NCBI GenBank assembly: GCA_963575745.1
Contig: CAUYUJ010000094.1
Span: forward strand, 62,001 to 118,363
Length of the DNA: 56,363 bases
From: Prorocentrum cordatum
Taxonomy: Eukaryota
Direction of reading: 5' to 3'
The notes beneath the pieces are model-generated. The model was not told the DNA's origin and searched no databases. It saw only the letters and a list, made by a program, of their open reading frames with translations. How positions within the stretch are numbered: position 1 is the first letter of the stretch; every line of letters starts with the position of its first letter. Below are positions 14,501-29,300 of the stretch, piece by piece. A program made the position numbers and the translations under genes.

Positions 14501-17500
14501 ACAATAACAACATCGTCCCCTGACTTTTCGTTGATGATCTATTCCTCCTGTAGAGGGACGTGCGCGAGCTACGCCTTGCTGTCGGAGTCCTCGGGAAGGT
14601 GGCTCTGTCGATGTCAGACTCCGCGGGAAGCTCACCAGCTTCGCTGGGTCCCCGGGGCCGTCGGGAAGTGTGAAATCTCCGTGGGGCGCCCGGTGGCAGG
14701 CTGGTGCGCCAGGACGGCGGCAGCGCGCAGAGGGCCGGGGCGGCGGCGCAGCGGACCGCGGACTGCGGACTTCGGCGTCCTTCGGCATGAGCTTCCGGTC
14801 CGCCAGGATGTCGAAGACGGTGTTCAGGTCCAGCACCTTGAAGGGGCCCAGGGACACACGAACAAAGACACGCAAATCCCAGGATCTCCCACATTCTCCT
14901 ATACTTGTGGATGCCATGACAATGGACACTCAAACAATCCTATCATTGAATTAAACATGTGCTTAAAATGTGTAGAATATGCTCTAAACATGTGTCCAAC
15001 ATTTGTTATATATTTAGAACCTGGTTGAAACATTTATAGACATCTGGAAATTATGTGGCAGCTTGCTTCCTCTCCATTAATCGCCTTCCACAATCCTACA
15101 TCTTCGGAGGTCGTCCCCGCACCCACTTCCCATATGTTCTAACATGTCCTGGGAATCGTCGAGTAAGAAGGTCTGTGTGTGTGTTTCCCCCTCCCGGCAC
15201 CTGGGTGCACGAGGCCCTTTTCTCCGAGGCCGCGGCCGTGGCCGCAGGAGAGGGCAGCGCGGAGCGCCGCGCAGGAAGCGTGGCGATCGGGCGCTCCCTT
15301 TTTTCTGGCGGCGCGCACAAGGGGAAGGCTTCTTAGGAGGAGGCTGCTTCTGAGGAGGGGGCTGCGTCTTGGAAGGCGCCGGCCTTGCATCTATAGATAG
15401 AGCCCGCGCCTTCTAAGAAGCAGGGGTGCTTCTGAGAAGCCCTCCTACCTCCCCCCACCCCCCTCTGCGCGTGGCCGACTTTTACGGGCGGGTCTCGTGG
15501 GGATGGGAGAGACCGCGGCCGCAAGCGATGCTGTCAATCGGAGCCGAGCTGCCCTCCGCCTCTGCAGCCAAGGTTGTGGCCAAGGGGCGATGAGACCAAC
15601 GCTGGGCCATCCGCCAAGGTGGTGAGAAGCTGGGCCAACCCCCGTGAGGCAGGACGCGGCGGGGAGTGCTCGCGGTGGCCGGCGCATCCCTCACCGTTCA
15701 GGACGATCTGGGCACTCCCGGAGAGCCTTCGGCGGAACGCAGCCGCTGGAAGGCTCCCCGAGGCTGGAAGGCCGACGGGAACCAACGAAGATGCCCACAA
15801 ACCTTTCGAAAACCGAACCTGTCCCCGATCCAACGCTGCCCTTGGGGTCGATGCATCCCCCCCCGAGCCTAGCCCCCCCTATCGCGAGCGTTTTCATACT
15901 CGGCGCTTCGACATTGGGCTGAAGGGGGGGGGGAGGGGGGGGGGAAAGGGGGGGGGGGGTCTGGCTCTGCACCTCTGCTTGACGCGACTGCTTGCAGCAG
16001 TGCGTCCTATGGGGGAGAGACTCCAACTGCTCGAAACAGGCGCCCAAAACAGCCAAGACCTACTCCATTGGAGGGGAGGGGGAGGAGGGAGGAGGGAGGC
16101 GTGAGGGGTGAGGAGGAGAAGGAGGACGAGGAGGAGGAGGAGGGGGCCACGTCAGCGTTCTTCGAGCGAGGCTGGCCAGTGAACATCGGCTGAGGATGGG
16201 CCGAGGGGGGCAAGGATGCAGGGGGTACCCCTGGGAGGGCAGTGCATCCTTGCTGTGCGGCTTGGCTGTAGGGCTGGCTGCAGCCAGCGTGCTCTGCGTA
16301 ACCACACGCAGCGCTGGGCAAGGCAGCCAAAGCCCGTACAGCACGGGCGCACGGTGAAGAAGACGCAGGGGGCCTTGGAAGGCCATGCGTCGACGCTGTG
16401 CGAGCGGGGCGCGGCCAGCGAAAGTGGCCACGGATGTGCCGAAAGGGGAAGGATGCAAGGGCAACCTAGGAAAATTACCGTCGGGCTGCTGAAAGAAGGA
16501 ACGCTAAATAAGGAACGAAGCCCCTTCTCGGCCCTGTAAGCGCCTCCGTGCCCCAGAAGGGCAAGAGGAACAGAACTCGAGGAACCTAAGGAATGTCGAG
16601 CCCCTTCCGAATCCAACTTGCTCCTTATTTCAGCGTCTTGGCTGCACTCATCCGCACTATGCGAGCTGACATTAGAGAGCAGAAAGTCCACCCTCAGAAC
16701 GAGCACAGCAACAAGCGAAGCGGTTTGGCAAACGCACCTAGGAAAAGAATCAAGCAGGGAACGTCGTGTGTTTTTCGCGACGTCGACCCCAAATTACTGG
16801 ACACCTTCCCCGGGACCGGTTCTTCATCCTGGGTCGTTTTTGGACGGTCCCGAGGCCCGGTGGGGGCCTCTGGAGACAGAAAGTAGCGGGAAACCTCCCG
16901 TCGTGACTTTTTCACATCGCGAAGGGTCTATGAAGGGGCTGTTTGGTAAACGCCCTGGGCCGGGGTGGTATTTCCTCCCTCTGAGACATGATGGGCCGAT
17001 TTTCGACCACCACTACCACAGGTAGGAGAGGGAGGGGGAGGGGGAGGCGGAGGGAAGAGGAGGAGGAGGAGGAGGAGGAGGACGAGGAGGAGGAGGAGGA
17101 GGAGGAGGAGGAGAAGGAGGAGGAGGAGGAGGAGGGAGGAGGAGGGCAGGAGGAGAGGAGGAGGAGGAGGAAGGAGGAGGAGGAGGCGGGGGGGAGGAGG
17201 CGGAGGAGGAGGAGGAGGCGCGGCGGTTCCCCGACCCAAATCTCTCTGGGGAGCGGCAGGGCACCAGAGCCCCTCCCGGGCCCCAAGCGGCGGCGAGCGC
17301 AGGTGGCGACGAGGAGGACGAGGACGAGGACGAGGAGGACGAGGACGAGGAGGGCGAGGACGAGGACGAGGAGAACGAGGACGAGGAGGACGAGGACGAG
17401 GAGGAGGAGGAGGAGGAGGAGGAGGACGAGGAGGAGGACGAGGAGGAGGAGGAGGAGGAGGAGGAGGACGAGGAGGAGGCGGTGGGCGAAGACGAGGACG

Positions 17501-20356
17501 ACGACGACGACGGGCGAGGCGCTGGATCGGCGGCGAGCGAGGGGGGGAAGTGAGAAGGAGAAGGTCATCTCAGAAGGGCGGGGCTTCTTAGAAGCCCTCG
17601 CGCCTTCTATTGCAGGCTGGCCTGAGCGTTGCTCCTTGTGTCCTAATGTCGTCCTCCTCCTCCTCCTCCTCCTCCTCCTCCTCCTCCTCCTCCTCCGCCT
17701 CCTCTTTCCTCTTCCCCAGGAGCCGCAGCGGACTGGATTGCAGCATTGCTTCGAACGCCGCCGAGTGGCCCAGCAGTGTCTGCTTGTTTTGGTGGCCACG
17801 CAGGAGGGGTGGAGGCCTCCTGGGTGGGGTCGGAGTAGACGGGGTCGGAGGATCGCGCCGCACCGCCGCTACAGCGGCGATACACCGCCGCAGCATCGGC
17901 GACGTCGGCCATGCATCGGCGACGCCAGCGTGTAGAGAATCGGGCTCCACATCGAGCCGCGTCGCCGATGCAACGACGATACGGCGCGATCCTCCGACCC
18001 CACCTGCTCGGATCCTGTCTGGGAGGCCTAGACTAAGCGGCTTTCTGCGTCTGCGGGGAAGGCTTCGGAGGCGTCTCGGAAGGCGGGGGGACTTCCGAGC
18101 CTTCTGAGAAGGCCGTCTCCCTCTCACTTCCCCCCCCAGGCTCTCCGCCGACCCAGAACTAGTCCTAATTTCAGCGTCTTGACTGTACGTAAAGGGGGAA
18201 CAAATCGGCCAAGAGGCCATAGACTGTCAAAAGCGGTCCCCAGATCCCTCCTGGGGTCCAAGGGCGAAAGGGTTTCGAGGCGCGCACAGCCGTCGCGACA
18301 AGGAGCCCCCAGGAGGTCCAAAAAGGACGAAACGGACCCGCTCTTCCCGCCTTCCTACAGGCCTGCCAGGACACGTTCGTGGAGCAAAGAGAAAGTTCCC
18401 CAAACAAGCAACGACGCTCATGGAACACAAGGCCGAGGTATCAAAGCCAGACGGCCTCGGCAAGAACTGCTTTGAGAACATCCCCCGGAAACCGCAACAC
18501 AAAAATCCTCAGAGCAATCTCTGGTGGGCCTACAGAGGCACCACTGCTGGAACGGGTGCTGGGCCACCTCAGACCCCCTGCCGGCTCCAGGCGGCGGGGT
18601 GCTCGGGAGGGGACGGCCCCCTGGAGGCCGTGCGCGCCACAGCTTCTGCGCCAGAGGCGGCGGCCTTCGCGGAAGGCCGCCGCCGCCGCCGCCCTGGGAG
18701 GGACTCGCTGCAGAATACGCCACGCCGCTCGCCCGGCAGAGGAGCTCGGTGCACAGGCGCCGCAGCTGCCGATATCGTGGGACGCTGGAGCGTCGCATGC
18801 ACCAGATCTTCCTGCGTCGAACTTCTCGGCCCCCCGTTCGGTTGACGCAGAAAGGGGGTCCAGCTGAAAGGGGGTGGTGAAATAGATGTGGGGCAATTGT
18901 ATTGCAAATGTACTGCGCCAGGGAGTTGTACTGCATTGAATTGCAGCGAATGCGTTGCATGCGAAAAACCAACAATACATTGGCGCACCAGGATGTATTG
19001 CACACCCCAAATCTACTGCAACCCCACATGTCGATTGCACCAGATTTATTGCACCACCCCCTTTTCGCTGGGCCCCCTTCTGGGTCAACCAGACCCTGGC
19101 CGACCAAACGTCACGGCGTACACACGGGGCCGCTCGGAAGCCGTGCGCCCCAGGCCTCCTTCATCGAAGGCTGCGGCCCACTGTCGGGAGGCCGCCCCCG
19201 CCGCCCTCCCCGCCACGGCGCCTGCGCGCCGCGGAAGCGGCATCGGCAATACGGGGGACGCCTGCTCGTCGAGAGGAAGGAAGCGCTCGCATACAGCCCG
19301 CCCGTATCATAAGGATGCGCGGTAAGGATGCCAGGGCCTTGGAGGCCCATGCCAACGTTTTTCGAACGAGGCTGGCCAGCAAACGTCGCTCAGGATGAGC
19401 CGAGGAGGCAAGAATGCAAGCGTACCTTTGGGAGGGTTGCCCATCCTTCCTATGCGGATTGAGTGTACGCGGGGTCGCTGAGGTGCGGATGCCATCGGGG
19501 GACTCGTGGGATGCGTGAGCAGCTCGGCGACGAAGAATGGCCAACCCTCCAGACCGCTGTGTTCTGAACCGGGTCCACGCCGCCATGTCGTCGTGCCTGT
19601 CATCCTCCCGCTCCTGCGTTGTCAGGCTTTGCGGCTGCGCACAAGACCGCCCAGGACTCCCCCGAGGCCTGCTTGGCAAGCCAATGCTGCCTCATGGGGT
19701 TGCCTTTGCGAAGCACCAACCGAGCCTTGTCAGCCCACCCTCTCCTCCTCCACCTCCTAGGTTACAATTAACGAGGGCGCACCCCCGAGTTGAACAGGTC
19801 GTAGCGCTGGAAGAGGTCATTAACGCCCTCCTGGCGGCACATCATGAGGCCAGTACGCACCTGGCACTGAAGGCCGAGGAGGAGAGGGAGAGAGCGAGAG
19901 AGACAAGGGGGAGGTCGGGGTCATAGAATGCAGGTTTTCGGGCCTTCCGCTGGTTTTCAAAATGTGTTCGGGAGAGGTCCAAAAGTTATCAGACGTTGTT
20001 TGGCGCTGACAGGGCGGAGGGGGACCCATGCCTGCGACGTCAAGGATTTGTCCAGGTCGGCGCGGCGCGCCGCAATCTGCCAGCGAGGGTGTCTTCGCAT
20101 TGCGTCGCGCACGCCAGCGGAAAGCAGGGGAGGAACATAACATGCAAGGGGCCAGGCATCCGACACTTCAGAACAGAGTGAAATGCTCCAAGGCTCATGC
20201 GAGTGTGCTGTCTGGCGGATGCCCCCAGAGGCCCCCAAGGAGGCCCGCAGGAGCCCTCCAAGTTGCATCCACGACTCAGGCACGGCGGTGGCGGGATCGG
20301 CCGAAGGGCACTGGATAAAGTGGCAACGCGCGCACACACACACACACACACATGCA

Positions 20357-20437
<81 letters not shown>

Positions 20438-20452
20438 GCGCGCGCACGCACG

Positions 20453-20483
<31 letters not shown>

Positions 20484-20485
20484 GC

Positions 20486-20526
<41 letters not shown>

Positions 20527-23500
20527 CACGCACACGCACACGCACACGCACACGCACACACCGCGAGAACAAACGAAACACCGACAACTGTACAAACACG
20601 GTTGTCCATACTGAGCCGACCTCCGAGGTAGCGGCACGGGAGAACCAACGACACACGAACAAAAAGGGATGTGAGCGGATGCTGAAAGAGTGCGGAGCCG
20701 ACGAGGCGATGAGAGCCACCGAAACTCGTGCGACCCTGGCGCAGCGTCATGCATAAGCTGCCGAGTTGCGCGTCACGCGGCCGACAGAGACAATGTGTGC
20801 CGCCAGCCTTTCACCAGCAATGTAGCAAGCCGCTCAGCTGGCGAAGTAGGACGCAAACTACGCGCAGGGAAGCGCGCAACTGTTCCGCCGTGATGCTGGT
20901 GGCGAGGGGAGCGGAATTCGACACACGGTTTGCCTCCACTAGCATGGAATAATGCCGCAGCGGGGGCTGGATAGCCAGCGGGCACGCTTTTTCAAGGGGA
21001 GCGCATGTACCAGGCAACGCGCCACTGGTCCACAAGCTGAATCAAAAATATCACTGGTGGAATGAAGGATGGTCCGATCAAGGAAATGGGCCTAGATGAG
21101 GCCTCAGCAACGTAAGTGCACGGCGTGTGTCAGCACGATGGGCGATGGCACCTTGGTGCTGCGATGCGTACAAGGCACGGGGGGAGCAGATCATAGATAA
21201 ACATCCGCTCGCCAGCACCAGCATTCGGGGGCGGCTGCTGTGTCACCGGTTCTGGGTCTGCGGCGACATCGGCAGCTCGAGGCTAAAGAGAACCATCATG
21301 GCTGTCAGCCCCGATGGCTACGTCGTCTGGGCAACACACACACACTTGAGACTATGCGGGTCAAATAACACATGCTTTATTTTCGGCGAGAATCGGGACC
21401 TCTCCCAGAATGCGTTTTGACCAGAGTTTCGAGGTGGATCCAGCGGTGGCGACGAGGGCCTCCCACGAGGCTGAAAGCGAGCCAAGGATAAGGGTAATTA
21501 TGGGTACCCATTCCTCCTCTCGAGCACCACTAACAGCGCGCGCACACCTTCGCACACGGGCGGCCTGCATTGGGCCGGGCGTGTCCGCATGCAGGCGGAT
21601 TCTGGAAGAAGAACAAGATAAGCCCCCAAATCTAGTCAGAAATAGCCGTCGTCGAAGAGCCGTCCCCATATGATCTTTGCCTCGTTTTCAGCGTTCCCCC
21701 TGTGGAGGGGGACACGTCCGACTCGATGCCTGCAGCCATCGGGCACTGGCCGCGGCGGCCCCCGCCGGGCCAAAGGCGCGCGCCTTCGACACGAAGCCGC
21801 CCACCGTCTCCGGCGTGAGGAACGCCGTGCGCGCGGCGCGCTCCTCCGCTGCGCCCAGCCCCCCGCGTGGGGGGCCCCGCCTACCTCCTCCGCGTGGAGG
21901 GCCCCGCTCCTCCTCCTCCTTCTCCTCCACCTCCTCCTCTTCCTCCTCATCCTCTTCCTCCTCCCCTTTCTCTTTCTCCTCCGCCCATTCATCCTCCGTC
22001 CTCCTCCCCCATCCTCTTCCCAAAGATACAGTCGGGACGTTGACCTAAGGAGCCCTAAGTAAGGAACGAGGCCCCTTTGCCCCATCAGTGAAGGTTCGAT
22101 CTCCCGTCGAAGACCTAAGGAAAACCTGAGGCAAGCCGTGAAACAATCGAGGAACACGGAACCCCTCCCCAACGAAAAGGGTTCCTCCTTCAGGGCCCCG
22201 GCTGTATGTCCTTGGATCTCTGGGAACACACACACATCGATCGCTCGAAAAGCGAATCTGTCGTGCGAGGCACGTTGTATATCTAGTACAGAAAACGGAT
22301 CAGCTGCGCTCCTCCTCCGCCTCGCCCGCCCCCGCAGGGGGGTGGCCCGCGTAGGGGGGGCCCTGCCTACCGCCCCAGAGACCCAGAGATAGAGTCGGGA
22401 CGTTGACCTCAGGAACCCTAAATAAGGAACGCGGCCCCTTTGCCCCATAAGTGAAGATTCAATCTCCCATCGATAACCGAAAGAAAACCTGAGGCGAGCC
22501 GTGAAACAATCGAGGAGCACGGAGCCCCTCCCAAACGAAAATGGTTCCTTCTTCAGGGCCCCGACTGTATGTCTTTGGATCTCTGGGAACACACACACAC
22601 ATCGATCGCTCGACAAGCGAATCTGTCATGCGAGGCACATTGTATATCCAGTACGGATAACGGATCAGCTGCGCTTCTGCGTATTCGTGCGAACGGCCCA
22701 TAACCAGCGCGAGGCACGCATGTATGATTAGTATTGGAGCGCATCAAATGCGTCTCGTGACGACTGAATTCATTTTGCGCACCCTAGGCAAACCCTAGGG
22801 GCATGCCTCGAGCCTCTTGGTATGGTTTTTTCGATCCAGTTGTTTTTCCTGCATTCGGGCCTCCGGGGGCCAGGTTCTCGGGCTCGGAGGCCATCATTAG
22901 AAACGGATCAGGGACGAAAATCCACCCCCGGGGAAGGGGTCGGGACCTCTGGGGAATGGAAAAGAAGACATCGGCGGATGTCTGGGATTGGGGGGGGGAC
23001 GATGGGGAGAGGGGGTGCCTGGCTGAGCGGGGGGGCATCGACCTGGAAGCGGCGATGCATCGCCGAGGGATGGGCGCGAGACCCTGCGATCGCGAACCGC
23101 ACGCTCCTGGGCGGTTTGGGCTCACGGGGCCCATATCGGCGATGCGTGGGCGACCGGGGATCGATGCGTCCCCCCCGTGAGCCCATCCCACCCTGATGAT
23201 CCTCTGAAGCAGCCCGCGGGTGACCTGCGGGTGACCTGCGGTTGGTATAATTCAAATGCGGGTCTTTTCAAATTTTCAATTTGAATGCGGGTCTCTTGAA
23301 TGTGAATTCCACTCTATATACGGATGGTAGAGTTTAAACACAAACACATGGTTGTAATCACACAAACCAAGCGTCCTACGGGGGGACCACTGGTTCATAT
23401 GTATATGTTTTGGGCCGATTCCGCATGAGACTTTGGTCAGCGCTGTTTCGCCTGAGACGTCCTCACAATTTGCCTGGTTCGGTTCGGCTTCGGCGCGGTT

Positions 23501-26339
23501 TCGCCTGAGACGTCCTCACAATTTGCCAGGTTCGGTTTGGTTGCGGCGCGGTTTCGCCTGAGACGTCCTCACGATTTGCTCGGTTTAGTATGGTTCTGGT
23601 GCGGGTTCGCCTGAGGTGTGCTCACGATTTTCCTGGTCTGGCATCTCATTCGGGCGCGATTTCGCCCGAGACATGTTCACGATTTGTATGGTTTGGCTGG
23701 GGTTTCGCTTGAAACGTCTTCACACATAGTTCGACGATGTGCATTGGGGTGGGATTCGCCTACACCGTCCTCGTAATTTTTCCTGGGTTGACATGGTTCG
23801 TGACAAATTTCGCTTGAGAGACCTCCCTGGTTCAAAACGGGTGCAAGCTATGCGGCGTAAGCTGTGTGATGCCAGCTGGGTGGTACCATTTATGTTGCGC
23901 GTAAGCTACCTGGTACAAGCCCACATCGTCGCAAGCTGTGCGGTGTGAGGTATGTGACGCAAGCTGCGTGGCTTTTTGTCACGCGGTGTAAGCAACGCGG
24001 TGCAAACCCATTTCGTCGCAAGCGATGTGGGGTACTGCATGTGGTACAAAGATGTGGCGGAAGCTGCCTTTGGCAAGCTACGCAGTGCAAGCCCACATCG
24101 TCGCAAGCTACGCGGTGCAAACAATGCGGTGCAAAGTCGGAAATGGGGGGGATGAGATCGCAATGGAACGGAGACGCCCCACCGGGAAAGCGGTTTCGAT
24201 TTCATGTCGTACGTGCTGGCGGGCGAAAGGGGTGAACCCGCCGTTGCTAGGGCGACACCGAGTCAGATGATGCTGTGCACCCCCCCAGTTTGGCCAGCGG
24301 TGTCCCGGCGGTGTCCCGATGGTGTCCCGTCGCTCACGCGAAACAAAACCAAATGATGCTGTGCCCTCCCGCCAGCTTGCCAGCAGTAGCCCGGGGGTGT
24401 CCCGATGGTGACCCGATGTTGCTCCGATGGTGTCCAGATGTCCAGATTGTGTCCCGATGGTGTCCCGATGGTGTGCCGATGGTGTTCCGAAGGTGTCCCG
24501 ATTGTGTCCCGATGGTGTCCCGATGGTGTTCCAATGGTGTCCCGATGGTGTCCCGATGGTGCCCCGATATTGTCCGTATGGTGTCCAAATGGTGTCCCGA
24601 TGGTGTCCAGATGATATCCCGATGGTGTCCCGATGGTAGTCCCGATGTTTGTCCCGCGAATTCAATCGATTGATAGATCGTGAGACCGATGGATGGTGAA
24701 ACCGATCGATTGTAAGATCGGTAGATAGACCGTGGGATCGATTGTGAGATGCATCGTGAGACCGATTGATCGTGAGACTGGTAGATTGATTGAGTGACCG
24801 ATGGTACGATCAATAGTGGCATCGATAAGCATATCTCCATCACAATCACGTCCATGCATCGTTATTACCATCACAGTCACCATCACGCTCTGTCATCACT
24901 CATCACGCATCGTCACCAGCTCGCGAGCGCATCGCCAGCATCGGAACCATAACAATGACCGCAGTTGTCGTCACTTGGTTCCCTCCCACAACTTCCTTCT
25001 CACCCGAAGGGTGGTCGTATAGGTATGTGCTGTAAGCTATGTGGTGCAAACACACAATTCGTCACAAGCCATGCGGTGGAATCCATACGGTGCATAGCAC
25101 ACGGTGGAAGTTGTGCGGCGCAACCTGCACGGTGCATAGGCCCACGTCTACTCGCGGCCTTGGCCTGGTGTCCGGCGCTGGAGCTCCCGAGCTTGCAGGG
25201 CTGAGGCACGACTCGAAATCCGAGGCCCCTCCTGAGCCCCAAATGGTCTTCATCTCAGCGCATCGGCTGTGTTGGGCTGGGTGGGAGGCGCGCCTCTATA
25301 CACCGACCCGACAGCACGACCGCGAGAGGGTGGAAGGGGGACCCCCCCACGAGGCGCGCCCCCTGAGCCATCTCCGCGAGCGCGCTCGCCTTGTTACGCA
25401 GCCCTGTTCGGGCCGTTTTTGGGGAACCTGTGGGCCAAAACGGTGTGAGTGTAGCTGCTGACAGAGGGCGCGCCTGTCATGCGGCCGGTCCGGGGTGCGT
25501 CCGGGCAGGCGCGCGCGGGGCCCCAGCGGCCCAGGCCCCGCCCATGGCGGAGACCCCCGCCGGGGTCCGGCGGGGGGAGGTGCCGCGTCGGCTGCTCCCG
25601 CCGCAGAGGGCTCGGCGGCTCCAAAAGGGTGTGGTGTGCAGAGAGTGCGGCTTGCAACTGGCACCCTGGGGGGGCACCCTAGGGGTCTCAGGCGGGGGCC
25701 TCGATGGAGCTCTCCGCCGCGCCCCGCAGACGCCCGACGACGACAGTGTCGGGCCCCCCAGGCCCCCGCGGCGCCCATCGCAAACCACACCCCGGCGTAA
25801 CCGCACCCTTGGTAATCGCCGAAGGGTGCCCCCGTCTTCCGCCAGAACCCTCACGAGCCGGCGCTGCGCCGACCGCCGCGCTTCCCTCGGCAGCCAGCGC
25901 AAGTCCTCTCCACGCCGCATGCTCGATGAAGTAGCTGCGTGCGTGGCCGGCTCTGGAGCCCTGGGCACGGCAGCGCTGAGGTCTCCTGAAGGGGCCCGCT
26001 CTTGCTTCTGCTAGCCTCCCGTCGAGCTTTATTTCGGGGGCGGCCAAGAGGGGGGCGTCCAAGAGGGGGGGGCGCAAATCGTGGCCGGCGGCATGTGCGC
26101 GGCCCAGGGGGGGGGCCAGGGACGCATTGGAATAAGAAGAGGCGCCACGACATCTGGGGAGATATCATGGCCCACGCCATGAATTGGCCGCCCCCGAGTC
26201 GAGCTTGCGACAGCAGTAACCCGGGGCATGCGGACCCCGCCCTCGGCAGCGAGCGGGCCGGCCCCCCCCACGCCCAACCGGCCTCCTCCCCTCCTCGTCC
26301 GTGGCCTCCTCCACGGGGGCCTGGCGCCCTCCTTCTCCT

Positions 26340-26381
<42 letters not shown>

Positions 26382-29300
26382 CCTCCTCCCCCTCCTCCTC
26401 CTCCTCCTCCTCCTCCTCCTCCTCCTCCTCTCTCTCCTTCTCCCCCTCCTCTTCCCCCCCTCCTCCTCCCTCCCTCCTCGCTCCTCCCTCCTCCCTCTTT
26501 CCTCCTCCCTCCCTCCAGCCTCCTGCCTCATCCCTCTTTCCTCCTCCCTCCTCCCCCTCCTCTCCTTCCTCCTCCCTCCTCCCCTCCTCCTCCTCCTCCT
26601 CCTCCTCCTCCTCCTCCTCCTCCTCTCCTCCCCTCCCTCTCCTCCTCCTCCTCCTCCTCCTCCGCCTCCTCCTCCTCCTCCTCCTCCCTCTCCTCCTCCT
26701 CCTCCTCCTCCTCCTCCTCCTCCTCCTCCCTCTCCTCCTCCTCCTCCTCCTCCTCCTCCTCCTCCTCTCCTCCTCCTCCCCCCTCCTCCTCCTCCTCCCC
26801 CTCCTCCCCCCTCCTCCTCTCCCCCTCCTCCTCCTCCTCCCTCTCCTCCTCTCCTCCTCCTCCTCCTCCCCTCCTCCTCCTCCTCCTCTCCGTCCTCGTC
26901 CTCGTCCTCGTCCCCTCCCCTCCTCCTCCTCCCCTCCTCCTCCTCCTCGCTCCTCCTCCGCCGCCTCCGCCTCCGCCTCCGCCTCCGCCTCCGCCTCCTC
27001 CTCCTCCTCCTCCTCCTCCTCCTCCTCGTCCTCCTCATCTTCCTCCTCCTCCTCCTCCTCCTCCTCCTCCTCCTCCTCCTCCTCCTCCTCCCTCTCGCCC
27101 GCCTTCCGCCGAGGGTGAGATGCAGCGCGTCTTCGTGGCGAGGGAGGAGGAGCAGGAGGACGAGGGCCATGTGGGCGAGAAAGCCCGGCCGGCGCTCCTC
27201 CTGGGCCTCGCCGCCCTCGTCCTCGGAGGTCGCCGTCGACGAGCTCCTGCGGGACGACGCCCTGCGGCTGGTCGTCCGGGGGTTGTTGGTGTGCCACTCC
27301 TCTGCGCGGCGCGCGAGAGGGTGCGGGGGAGTTCGGTGGCAACTCACGGGAGCCTCCCATACCCTCTTGTTGGCTCTTGCGAATCGACGCTAATCGACGC
27401 TAGTCGGCGCTAAATCGACGCTGCTCGACGCTGAACAACGCACATCGACGCTGAGTTGACGCTAGATCATCGGCTGCCAGATGCTAGTGGCCACTAGTGC
27501 ACGCTAAAGCTAGAATTGAAAAAAGGTCGGGCATGTTCCCCTACGGGCGGTTTTGGGGCGAAAGCTAAGAAACAGTCAACAAACATTAAAAAAACACCAA
27601 CCACCAAGGAATTACAAGAACATGTCCTCCCCATTGCATATCTCAGCGATTTTTTAGCATTTCTCCTGCAGAGGGACACGCCCGACTCAAAATTACGAGG
27701 GCACGCGCGGCTCCCAGGATCTGACACCGAAGGCCAGGGAGGAGCGGCCTCTCCCGCGGGGGGGGGGGGGGGGCTTCTCGCGAGGGCCCTCCAAGAAGCC
27801 CACGAGCGGGGGGGGGCTCTCACGAACGGACGAGGCGCCTAGGCCCCTCCAAGGAGCCCAGCGCCCCGCCAGATAGCCCCGCCCCCCTCGCCCCCACGGC
27901 CTCTGCAACCGGGCGCCGAACTGCCTGTACGTCAGGTCCGTGTCGTGCCGACTTCGGCGTTGGTCTCTGACGCCGCGAGGATCGTTCAACCCCTTGAACG
28001 ATCGGCCGTTCCCGAAACACCCAGACCGTTCCTAACCAGCCTCGAACGCATCCCTATCCCTAAGATGTGCGAGCAAGAAGCGAGGACAATCTTCGGGATA
28101 GGCCCTCAAAACCTGAGGGAATCCTCAAGATCGGCATCGAGTTGAGGTGATGTCAAACATAGGGATAGGGATGTGCTCCAGGCTGGTAAGTTCCACTGCG
28201 AACGATGCCGAGTCGCCCGCGGCCTTCAAAGCTCCACGCCGCTGGCGGGGCCGCCGCCGGTCCACACGACGCGAGCCTGCCGTCCCGCCGTGCCGCGGCC
28301 GCCGCTCCCGGCCCGGCCCGTGCGGGGCCCGGGGTGTGGCGCGTGCGCCCTCCTGGCCACCGCTCGGACGTCCACTCCCTGTGTTTTTTTCGGTTTCGTG
28401 CGTGGCTTTTTCGCCAAATGATCAAGGATGCTCCTCGATGGTCCCCGCCGAAGGAAGCATGCACACGTCCGAGCGATGCCAAGCCTCCTGCCGACCAGCC
28501 ACCACTGGGGGAGCCGTGGTCCTTACCCCCCCCTGAGGGGGAACCCGTCGCAGCGGCGACCTCTCTCGAGCGGGGTGTCGACATCGATGGGTCCCCCAGG
28601 GGGAGGGGGGTAGGGACCACGGCTCCCCCAATGGTGGCTGGCCTGTCCTGGCCTGGCCCGGGAGGCGCGCGCCGGCGCCGCTCCCGGGCCCAGGCGGGGC
28701 CGGGGGCGGCGGAGGCTCGCGCAGGCGCTCGGGGCTGCCGCTCCCGGTGCGTGGTGTGTGTGGCCTCTCGTGCGCGCCCCGGTGCCTCGGGGTGGCCCGG
28801 GGTGCTCCTTAAGAGGGCCCATGGAGGCTGTCTTGGCGATGGCCTCTCCGAGCAACAACAAAAATATGCACCCGTCCGTCCGAGTGCCACGAGCACGGGA
28901 GAGCCACACGAGCTGGCCATCGCTCGCACGTCCCTTCCCCGTGCTTTTTGTTTCGGTTTCGCGCGGGTTTTTCGTCGCAGGCGGATCCAGGATGCTCCTG
29001 AAGAATCCCCGCCGAGAAAAAGTGCACACGTCCGAGCAATACCAAGAAAGCGGAATAAGCATAACGGCTCGGAGCCCCGCGCGGATTGATCGGATCGACG
29101 GTGGACTCCCCTTCCATGCGCGCGCGCAGCGCGCCAGGGGGGGGGCGCCGGAGGCGCGTCTCCAGGGGGGGGCCCAACGCCCATCCAAGAACACCGCGAG
29201 GAGCTCTGGCTTTGATCGTCGGCATGTGCGGTGGGGGGCGTTCGCTCAGGAATGTGCGCAAGAGGCTTCCGACCCTGGAGGATTCCAGGTCTGACGAGAG

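Noticed and set aside
23444..23830. Repeat-spacer appearance of the 53-bp array
   Set aside because: The apparent spacers are homologous to each other, so this is a decaying tandem repeat.
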